Source: an uncultured bacterium (GTDB taxonomy: Bacteria > UBP14 > UBA6098 > B30-G16). From it: a stretch of DNA of 22,583 nucleotides. The stretch covers positions 1-22,583 of the forward strand of contig CBEVQY010000033.1 of NCBI GenBank assembly GCA_965552135.1. The letters run 5' to 3'. The position numbers and the translations under genes were made by a program. This document shows, in pieces, positions 15,532 through 22,583 of this stretch. How positions within the stretch are numbered: position 1 is the first letter of the stretch; each line of letters starts with the position of its first letter. Below the pieces are notes generated by a model. The model made no database searches and was not told the DNA's origin. It was given only the letters and a program-made list of their open reading frames with translations.

Positions 15532-18237
15532 ATGAAGAGGCTTTTTTTCCTTTGGCTTGCCCTTGCGGCTTGTTGGGGTCAGGAGGTTGCGATAACGACC
15601 GCGTCGGGCAATCAGTTTGCGCCGCAGGTTGCGGCAGGACATGATTGCTTTTTCGTCGTCTGGGAGGACTACCGCGCCGGCGTGACCAACGCCAACATCT
15701 ACGGTCAAAGCGTCTTCCCCGACGGAAGCGTTGGCGGCGTTGGATATGCGATCTGCACTGCGCCCGCAAGCAACCAGACCGCGCCCGTTGTGGCGTACGA
15801 TGCCGCGGAGGGCGACTTTTTGGTTCTCTGGTTCGACCAGCGCAGCGGGAGTCAGCTCTACGCCCGCCGGGCGACCTGCTCCGGCGCCTCCGGCGACGAA
15901 TGGCTCGTCGACGACGTTACTGCGAGCTTTTCGGCGCCCGCGTTTGCGCTTGGTCCCGATGGCGGCATCCTGGTGTGGATGGCGCGCTCCGGCGCAGCGT
16001 TTACCGTGAACTACATCGTCATCGACGCAAGCGGCGCGCCAACAGGCGACATGGTCGAGCTCTCACCGACGGGAAAAAGCCCCGATATCGCCTTCGGCGG
16101 AGACGTGTTCTTCGTCGTCTGGGAGGACTCCACCGACGCCGGCAAGGGGATTTACGGCAGGTTCCTCTCGGGGTCCGATGGCTCGCCGCTTACCGAGCAG
16201 TTCCTCCTCGTCGACGATGGCGCTGCGTCGGCTCCGGCCGTGTGCTCGTACTCCGTTGGCGGCGAGGCGCGCTTCGCCGTCGTGTGGCAGCACTACGACG
16301 CCGCAACCGACGCCGATATTTACTTCGCCACCACCGAAGCGCTTTCGACGGCGCCGGTCGTTGGGGTTTCGGTGTGCACGGAGGAACAGGCGCAGTCGGC
16401 GCCCGACGTAGCCGCGCACGAAGCCGGCTTCCTCGTCGTGTGGCAGGACCAAAGACCGATCTACCAGAGCGACATCTACGGTCGCTTCCTCTCCCTCGCG
16501 GGAACGCCGTTGGGCGCGGACTTTGCCGTATGCGATGCGTCGATGAGCCAGCTTGTGCCGCAGGTAAGCTTTGGGCAGGAGCTCGACAGATACTTCGTTG
16601 TTTGGGTCGACCAGCGCAGCGGCGCAACGTCCGACATCTACGGCGCCCTGGTGGAGCCGCCAACCGTTGTCGAGGGACCCAGCGTGACAAACGTCGAGCC
16701 TGTGGAGGGCACGATCTCGGGGTGCGACTCGGCTATGGTGATATCCATAATGTCGTCCGCGCCACTCGATACGACGTCGATACTCCTGACCCTGAACGGG
16801 GACACCTTCTCCATCGCATCCGACCACGTTTGGACTGACGGCGATATGACGATCTTCTTCCACCCCGACTATCCGGCTGGTGCGTGCGAGACGCTGGAGG
16901 TTTGCCTCATCGCCCTCTCGGACGTCGACGGTCGTGGGCTTGAGTCGCCCTTCTGCTGGAGCTGGGTCTGGGACGACGCCGCGCCCGTCGTTTCGACGAC
17001 TTCCCCGTCGTACGGCGACGTGCTCGACGAGATGCCCTCGACCATAACCGCGTCCATCTCCGACGACCCTGCTGGCGTCGACGAGGCATCTATCGGCGCG
17101 ACGATAAACGGCGCCGCGTTCTCGCCGGCGGACGACGGAGTCTACTGGGACGGATACACCCTCACGCTGAACCTCACCGAGCTCGGGTACTCGGCGCTGC
17201 CGGAGACGAACGTCGTCGTCTTCTCCTTCGGCGATGCAGCACTTTGCCCCAATTGGGGCGAGGATACGCTTGTGTTTTACCTCATAAGCAACCCCGGTCC
17301 TGTCGCCTCTGCGCAGATGCCGTTGCCCGGGACGGTGACCTCCTGCGCCGACCAGGAGATTCAGCTCTCGCTCCTCGACGACGACGGCGTCGACGAAACG
17401 AGCATCGTCCTCGTTGTGGACAGCGTGGAGTACGCCTATCCGGACCACATGAGCTTCATCCCGCCCTCGACCTTGATCTTCACGCCTTCGCCGGCGTTCG
17501 ACGAGGGCGAGGTTACCGTTGAGCTTGTTTCGGCGCGCGATGTGCTCGGGCACGACCTCGCCTCGCCGCTGGAGTTCAGCTTCTTCGTCGACCTTACGCC
17601 GCCTGTGGTATCGTCCGCCACGTACCCGCCAGGCGCTGTAATCGATACGCTCTCCTCCGACGACCTCGTGATCACAGCCGTCGACAACTTCTGCGACTCG
17701 CTCGCCTTCGAAAGCTGCTACGTTACCCTCTCCACGTGCGGCGGTGAGCTTATCGCCCGCTGGGAGGGCGATTCCCTCGAAAGACCCGATTCCCTCTCCA
17801 TTTCGGTTCCGGCTGGCAGCTTCCTTCAGGCTTTGGCTGGCGCTGCCTCGGGCGCGGTCGACTCATTCGTGATATGCGCCCACATCGCCGACGCACCCGA
17901 CTACTGCTACCCAAACGTGACCGATACCTGCTGGATGGTCTACTACCACGGCACGGGCGTCAGTGATTTTCGCCGCCCCGACGTGGTGTCGCTTTCGGTT
18001 TCGCCGAACCCGTTTAACGCAGCCGTCTTGATCACGTACGAAGCCCCTGCGGGCGGCAGGCTCGAGCTTATCGGTCAGGACGGCAGGGTGATCGCCCGGT
18101 GGGGTGTATCCGGCTCGGGGCAGCTTCTGTGGGATGGCTCCGCTGCCGACGGCACACCACTTCCCGCAGGGCGATATTGGCTTGTTCTGCGCGTACGTGG
18201 CGGCACGGTGGCGAGGGCTTTGGACATTGTGAGGTGA
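15532..18237 (+). CDS. Large acidic secreted/surface protein: beta-propeller-like repeats, Ig-like repeats and a T9SS/FlgD-type C-terminal domain
   Basis: Signal peptide; seven P..A......VVW.D.R....IYG repeats; Ig-like units (GP.V....P..GT...C, D..PP.V); C-terminal PNPFN...I.Y......L.....GR.I...WDG....G..LP.G.Y; SD GGAGGT. Confidence 0.85.
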   Translation: MKRLFFLWLALAACWGQEVAITTASGNQFAPQVAAGHDCFFVVWEDYRAGVTNANIYGQSVFPDGSVGGVGYAICTAPASNQTAPVVAYDAAEGDFLVLWFDQRSGSQLYARRATCSGASGDEWLVDDVTASFSAPAFALGPDGGILVWMARSGAAFTVNYIVIDASGAPTGDMVELSPTGKSPDIAFGGDVFFVVWEDSTDAGKGIYGRFLSGSDGSPLTEQFLLVDDGAASAPAVCSYSVGGEARFAVVWQHYDAATDADIYFATTEALSTAPVVGVSVCTEEQAQSAPDVAAHEAGFLVVWQDQRPIYQSDIYGRFLSLAGTPLGADFAVCDASMSQLVPQVSFGQELDRYFVVWVDQRSGATSDIYGALVEPPTVVEGPSVTNVEPVEGTISGCDSAMVISIMSSAPLDTTSILLTLNGDTFSIASDHVWTDGDMTIFFHPDYPAGACETLEVCLIALSDVDGRGLESPFCWSWVWDDAAPVVSTTSPSYGDVLDEMPSTITASISDDPAGVDEASIGATINGAAFSPADDGVYWDGYTLTLNLTELGYSALPETNVVVFSFGDAALCPNWGEDTLVFYLISNPGPVASAQMPLPGTVTSCADQEIQLSLLDDDGVDETSIVLVVDSVEYAYPDHMSFIPPSTLIFTPSPAFDEGEVTVELVSARDVLGHDLASPLEFSFFVDLTPPVVSSATYPPGAVIDTLSSDDLVITAVDNFCDSLAFESCYVTLSTCGGELIARWEGDSLERPDSLSISVPAGSFLQALAGAASGAVDSFVICAHIADAPDYCYPNVTDTCWMVYYHGTGVSDFRRPDVVSLSVSPNPFNAAVLITYEAPAGGRLELIGQDGRVIARWGVSGSGQLLWDGSAADGTPLPAGRYWLVLRVRGGTVARALDIVR

Positions 18238-18243
18238 GCCTTT

Positions 18244-20133
18244 GTGTGCGGCATAGTGGGCATAGTTGGCGCAAGCGCCGATGCGCGCGTTGGGCGCGCG
18301 ATGAGGGAGGCGCTTCGCCACCGCGGACCCGACGCACAAGGCGAAATCGCACAGAAAAACCTCTACCTCGGACATAGGCGACTGAGGATCATCGATCTCT
18401 CCCCGGCCTCCGACCAGCCCCTGTCGACCGAGGACGGCAGGTACACCATCGTTTACAACGGCGAGGTTTACAACTTCCGCGAGCTTCGGCGGAGGCTCGA
18501 GGCGCTCGGCGAGCGGTTCAAAACCGAAGGCGACGCCGAAGTCGTCCTGAGGGCTTTCTCCACCTGGCGAGAGCGCTGCGTCGAGCACTTCGAGGGGATG
18601 TTCGCCTTCGCGGTGTGGGATGCGTGGGAGCGAAAGCTCTTCCTCTTTCGCGACCGCTTCGGCGTAAAGCCGCTCTACTTTTGGCACAGCGGGCGTAAGT
18701 TCGCCTTTGCGTCGGAGGTTGGGGCGCTTTTGCAGCACCCGAGGATTTCGGGTCTGCCCGACGGAAGAGCTTTGGCAACCTATCTTCTGCTCGGGTACAT
18801 CCCCGCGCCACTGTCCGCCTTCGAGGGCGTGAAGAAGCTCCTTCCGGGCGGGGCGCTTGTCTTCGACGCGGAAAGCGGCAGGGTGGAGGAGCGGCTTTGG
18901 TGGAGCGCCTCCGACTTCTTCGACCAAAAGACGGCGAAGGGCGAGGACGAACTTGCCGACGAGCTTGAGGAGCTGCTTTCCGTCGCCTTCGAGCGGAGGA
19001 TGGTGTCGGATGTTCCCGTCGGCGTGTTTTTAAGCGGCGGCGTCGACTCAAGCGCCGTTGTGGCTGTGCTTGCCCAGAGGCATCCGGGGCTTAAGAGCTT
19101 TTGCGTCGCCTTCGACGATCCCAGGTTCGACGAGTCGCGCTATGCCCGCTTTGTGTCGCGGCGCTTCGGTACCGACCACCACGAGTACATCTGCACGCCG
19201 CGCGACGTGGAAGAGGTTTTGCCGAGGCTTCCTGGGATCTTCGGCGAACCCTTTGGGGATCAGTCAGCCGTTCCGACGTATCTTGTTTCGCGCTTGGCGC
19301 GCGAGGAGGTTGGCGTGGCGCTTTCAGCTGAGGGCGGCGACGAGCTTTTCGCGGGCTATCCGCGCTACAGGCTTGCGCTGCGGTGGCTTTCTGTGCCGAG
19401 GGTGCTTTCGAGGGCGCTTGCCGCAGCACCCGCTGCCGCAGCAAAGCTGCCCCTCACGCTCGCGGGGGTGGAGGAGCCAAAGAACAAGCTGGCGCGAGCC
19501 CAATGGCTCGCAGCCGCAGAAAAGCCGCTGGAGATCTACCTCGCATCGGTGGGGTATTTTTCTCAGGAGGAGGTTCTGCGCCTCGTCGGCGCCCGGCCAG
19601 ACCTTTCAAAGACCCTTGCCGAAGCGCTTCCGGATGAGCTTCCGGCGGTGGATTTCATGCGTCTTGCGGACGTATGCCTGTACCTTGCAGACGACATCCT
19701 CGTCAAGACCGACCGCGCCACGATGGCGGCAAGCCTCGAGGGTCGCGAACCGTTCCTCGACGTCGACCTCTTCCGATTCGCCGCCGCGCTGCCGGAGAAA
19801 GCGTTGCTCAAAGGCGGCGGCAAGTTCTTGCTGAAGAAGGTGCTTTCGAAGTATCTTCCCAAGGGTTTCCTCGCACGCCCCAAGCGGGGCTTCGGGATGC
19901 CGCTTGACGCGTGGCTCAAGGGTCCACTGCGCAGAACTGTACTGGATGTCCTTTCGCCCGAAAGGGTGAAAGCCACCGGCGTTGTGGACCCCGAGGTCTG
20001 CAGCTCCGTCTTGGACGAATGGCTTCGGCGCAAAAGACCATCTATGCTCGAAACGCACAGGGTTTGGCTGCTTTTGGTTCTTCAGCTTTGGGCAGAGGCG
20101 TTCGGCGCAGGAGGTAATTCGGTTGCCCCTTGA
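18244..20133 (+). CDS. asnB: Asparagine synthase (glutamine-hydrolysing) family amidotransferase
   Basis: N-terminal (M)CGIVG Ntn nucleophile, HRGPD, LGHRRL.IIDL, YNGEVYNF, RDRFGVKPLY, FLSGGVDSS, EGGDELFAGY, DR..MA.SLE.R.PFLD, RPKRGF. GTG start with SD GAGGTG. Confidence 0.93.
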   Translation: MCGIVGIVGASADARVGRAMREALRHRGPDAQGEIAQKNLYLGHRRLRIIDLSPASDQPLSTEDGRYTIVYNGEVYNFRELRRRLEALGERFKTEGDAEVVLRAFSTWRERCVEHFEGMFAFAVWDAWERKLFLFRDRFGVKPLYFWHSGRKFAFASEVGALLQHPRISGLPDGRALATYLLLGYIPAPLSAFEGVKKLLPGGALVFDAESGRVEERLWWSASDFFDQKTAKGEDELADELEELLSVAFERRMVSDVPVGVFLSGGVDSSAVVAVLAQRHPGLKSFCVAFDDPRFDESRYARFVSRRFGTDHHEYICTPRDVEEVLPRLPGIFGEPFGDQSAVPTYLVSRLAREEVGVALSAEGGDELFAGYPRYRLALRWLSVPRVLSRALAAAPAAAAKLPLTLAGVEEPKNKLARAQWLAAAEKPLEIYLASVGYFSQEEVLRLVGARPDLSKTLAEALPDELPAVDFMRLADVCLYLADDILVKTDRATMAASLEGREPFLDVDLFRFAAALPEKALLKGGGKFLLKKVLSKYLPKGFLARPKRGFGMPLDAWLKGPLRRTVLDVLSPERVKATGVVDPEVCSSVLDEWLRRKRPSMLETHRVWLLLVLQLWAEAFGAGGNSVAP

Positions 20134-21022
20134 CGTTCATACGCTGGCGGCACTTTTCAGAGACTACCTTGTAGCCGAGCTTGCGTCGTCGCAGAACACC
20201 GTGGAGGCATACAGCCGCGACGTCAGCCGCTTCGCCGACTTCCTCAAAATGCGCGGTGTGGAAAGCGCCGATGGCGTCACGAGGGGGCTTGTCGCCTCGT
20301 ACCTGCGGTTTTTGATGAACCTCGGACTTGCGCCAACATCCATCTCAAGGAACATCTCGGCGCTCAGGACGTTCTGGTCGTTCCTCGTGGCGAACAGATA
20401 CGTCGACTTCGACCCCCTGGAGGGGGTCGAGCTGCCCAAGGTCAGGCGGAAGCTTCCCGAGGTGCTCTCGGTGGATGAGGTGGAAAGGCTTCTTTCGGCG
20501 GTGGATGTGTCGACGCCTCTGGGTCTTAGGGATAGGGCGCTTTTGGAGTTTATGTACGCCACTGGCGCCCGCGTTTCGGAGACCATCGACGCAAAGCTTG
20601 CGGACATCCACCCCGACGCGGGCTTCGTGAGGCTTTTCGGAAAGGGTTCCAAGGAGAGGCTCGTCCCGATCGCGCAGGAAGCGCTCTATTGGGTCGAAAG
20701 GTACATACGCGACGGAAGAAGCAGGCTTGCCAACGCCCGCTCCGGGGGGTATATTTTCTTAAATCGCTTTGGCAGAAGGCTTTCGCGCATGGGCGTTTGG
20801 AAGATAGTTCGTCGCTGGTCGGAGCGGGCGGGGATAGAGAAGGACGTTCATCCGCACACGCTCAGGCACAGCTTCGCAACGCACCTTTTGGAGGGCGGAG
20901 CCGACCTGCGGGCTATACAGGAAATGCTCGGGCACGAAAGCGTCACAACAACGCAGATCTACACGCACGTATCGCAAAGGCATCTTTTCGAGGTTTACCG
21001 CAGGTACCATCCGCGGGCGTAG
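20123..21022 (+). CDS. xerD: Site-specific tyrosine recombinase XerD
   Basis: S.NT..AY..D, LP.VLS..EV..LL, GLRDRALLE..YATGARVSE, GKGSKERLVP, HPHTLRHSFATHLL.GGADLR.IQEMLGH...TTQIYTHV, HPRA. TTG start at 20123 with SD AGGAGGT. Confidence 0.93.
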   Translation: MPLDVHTLAALFRDYLVAELASSQNTVEAYSRDVSRFADFLKMRGVESADGVTRGLVASYLRFLMNLGLAPTSISRNISALRTFWSFLVANRYVDFDPLEGVELPKVRRKLPEVLSVDEVERLLSAVDVSTPLGLRDRALLEFMYATGARVSETIDAKLADIHPDAGFVRLFGKGSKERLVPIAQEALYWVERYIRDGRSRLANARSGGYIFLNRFGRRLSRMGVWKIVRRWSERAGIEKDVHPHTLRHSFATHLLEGGADLRAIQEMLGHESVTTTQIYTHVSQRHLFEVYRRYHPRA

Positions 21023-21027
21023 GTGTG

Positions 21028-22227
21028 ATGAGGGCTTTTTGGGCAGCAGTCGCCGTTTTGGGGTTGGCACTTTCGCAGGAGATGTACCTTCTCCCTGCGG
21101 AGCGCGGCTCGCCCCTCGAGGGCGGGTATTCGTTTCGCCTCTTCCGCGAGGGCGACAGCGTCCGCGTGGTGATTTCGGTCCAGCTTTCGAACAACGCGCT
21201 GCAGTTCGTCCGCTTTAGGGACGGTTTTGTCGCGCGCTTCCGCATCGACGCCGCCGTCTACCGCGGCGACGAGCTTGTGAAAAGCGTTGCATCCGCAGAA
21301 AGCGTCGTCGTCGACGAGTTCTCGCAGACGAACCTCTCCACCCCTTGGCGCGCCGCAAGCCTCGCCGTCGTTCTGCCAAAGGGAAAGTACTCGCTGCACA
21401 TAGTGCTCACAGACCTCAACGCACGAACCAAGGCGAGATCCGTCGCCGCGCTGAAGGTTCCTGATCCGCGGCGTATGCGGCTCTCGACGCCGTGGCTGTT
21501 CGTCCCCGGAAGCGACTCGCTCATAATATCGGACAGGGTTCCCCTCCTTTGGGATAGCCTCGGCGTTGCTGCCGTTGCGTACGACGTGCCCGAGAGCGCC
21601 CTGTGCGAGGTCGAGCTTTTTGGCGTGAGGTACAGGAGCAGGACCTTTGAGGGCAAGCTTAGTGTGCGTCGGGGCGACACGCTTGCCCTGGGCTTTTTGC
21701 CCCTCGCGCAGCTTAGCGGCGGCAACTACACGGCGCGGATCGTCCTGAAGGACAAAACCGGACGCAAGCTTGCCCAAAAGGAGATTCGCTTCGTCGTCGT
21801 GCAGACGCCGTCGTCGATGTACAGGCTGAGGTTCGACGAGCTTTTGCGCCAGCTGGAGCTTATAGCGAATCCCTCAGAGATAAAGGCTTTGGAGGCAGCC
21901 GACTCGACCGAGCGCGACTCGCTTTGGGAGGAGTTCTGGCGAAGGCGGGACCCAACGCCGACAACGGAGTACAACGAAGCCAAGGAGGAGTTCTTCCGAC
22001 GCGTGGAGTACGCCAACGAGCACTTCGGAACGCCAACCCGACCCGGCTGGGAGACCGACAGGGGGAGGGCATACATAACCTACGGTCAACCCGACGAGAT
22101 CGAGAGACACCCCTTCGAGATTGACTCGTACCCGTATGAGATATGGTACTACTACTCGCTGGGGCTAACGCTCATCTTCGTCGACTACTACGGCGACGGC
22201 GATTACAGGCTCAAGGAGACGAGATGA
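21028..22227 (+). CDS. GWxTD domain-containing exported protein
   Basis: Signal peptide MRAFWAAVAVLGLALS; C-terminal FW..RDPTP.T..NE...EF..RV.YAN..F....GWETDRGR.YI.YG.PD..E......YEIW.Y. Confidence 0.9.
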   Translation: MRAFWAAVAVLGLALSQEMYLLPAERGSPLEGGYSFRLFREGDSVRVVISVQLSNNALQFVRFRDGFVARFRIDAAVYRGDELVKSVASAESVVVDEFSQTNLSTPWRAASLAVVLPKGKYSLHIVLTDLNARTKARSVAALKVPDPRRMRLSTPWLFVPGSDSLIISDRVPLLWDSLGVAAVAYDVPESALCEVELFGVRYRSRTFEGKLSVRRGDTLALGFLPLAQLSGGNYTARIVLKDKTGRKLAQKEIRFVVVQTPSSMYRLRFDELLRQLELIANPSEIKALEAADSTERDSLWEEFWRRRDPTPTTEYNEAKEEFFRRVEYANEHFGTPTRPGWETDRGRAYITYGQPDEIERHPFEIDSYPYEIWYYYSLGLTLIFVDYYGDGDYRLKETR

Positions 22228-22583
22228 GGGTTTGCGTTTGCGCAAAGGTCGTTCCCGACACGGACGACGTCCGCATAGATGAGGAGCGCGGCACGCTCGT
22301 GCGCGAAGGCGTCCCGCTTACGATAAATCCCTTCGACCTTTACGCTCTGGAGGAGGCTTTGCGGCTCAAGGATGGGGGCATTGCGCGCGAGGTTTTCGTA
22401 GTCTCGATGGCTCCGCCGCACGCGGAGAGGGAGCTCCGCAACGCGCTTGGCATGGGCGCCGACGAGGTGTTTTTACTTACCGACCCCGCCTTCGCCGGTG
22501 CCGACACGCTGGCAACGTCGTATACACTTGCTGCGGCGATAAGGCACCTCGGCGGCGCAAACCTCATCCTCGTCGGAAAGCAG
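22224..22583 (+). CDS. etfB: Electron transfer flavoprotein beta subunit (FixA/EtfB), 3'-truncated
   Basis: Not in the ORF track. The ATG at 22224 overlaps the GWxTD stop (ATGA) and reads MRVCVCAKVVPDT...GTLVREGV...INPFDLYALEEALRLKD...SMAPP...ALGMGADE...LTD..FAGADTLATS..LA.AI.....LIL.GKQ; SD AAGGAG. Confidence 0.95.
   Translation, partial: MRVCVCAKVVPDTDDVRIDEERGTLVREGVPLTINPFDLYALEEALRLKDGGIAREVFVVSMAPPHAERELRNALGMGADEVFLLTDPAFAGADTLATSYTLAAAIRHLGGANLILVGKQ

Noticed and set aside
13705..20133. RiPP cluster (Cys-rich precursor with AsnB as a lasso cyclase)
   Set aside because: AsnB is full-length with an intact N-terminal Cys glutaminase domain. There is no lasso protease/RRE, radical SAM or YcaO gene, and the Cys-rich protein has a Sec signal rather than a leader peptide.
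20123..21022. Tyrosine recombinase as a phage or island integrase
   Set aside because: Size and motifs match chromosomal XerD. It is embedded in a housekeeping operon, and I saw no att-like duplication of the tRNA-Glu 3' end.
20689..21027. Upstream extensions in the ORF track (GWxTD from 20689, xerD from 19982, purN from 14815, lipoprotein from 12751, AhpD from 11086)
   Set aside because: Downstream starts have SD sequences and family-typical N-termini or signal peptides, while the extensions overlap other genes or promoters.

Overview
A gene-dense, GC-rich chromosomal segment of a diderm bacterium. A T9SS/FlgD-type C-terminal sorting domain, a GWxTD protein and an IspH-UbiA fusion suggest an FCB-group or related candidate lineage (inference). 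Most of it is housekeeping and envelope genes: cysS (5'-truncated), a GAF-HD-GYP phosphodiesterase followed by an Omp85-like beta-barrel, tRNA-Glu(UUC), an MBL-fold hydrolase, a minus-strand operon (PLD/Nuc nuclease, PfkB kinase, TonB/TolA-like protein, ispH-ubiA fusion), an MsbA-like ABC exporter, an AhpD/CMD protein, a Rossmann/DUF2520 protein, purN, a large acidic secreted beta-propeller/Ig protein, asnB, xerD, a GWxTD protein and etfB (3'-truncated). No mobile element or CRISPR array is visible. The most striking element is a two-gene unit at about 12660-14402. It has a palindromic candidate enhancer, a consensus IHF site and a sigma54 (-24/-12) promoter. These precede a Tyr/Asp-rich FN3 lipoprotein and a secreted protein with poly-cysteine tracts (CCCC, CCCCCEC), a Trp/Tyr-rich core and a Ser/Arg/Lys tail, and the unit ends in a terminator. 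All calls come from reading the sequence; no database searches were run.
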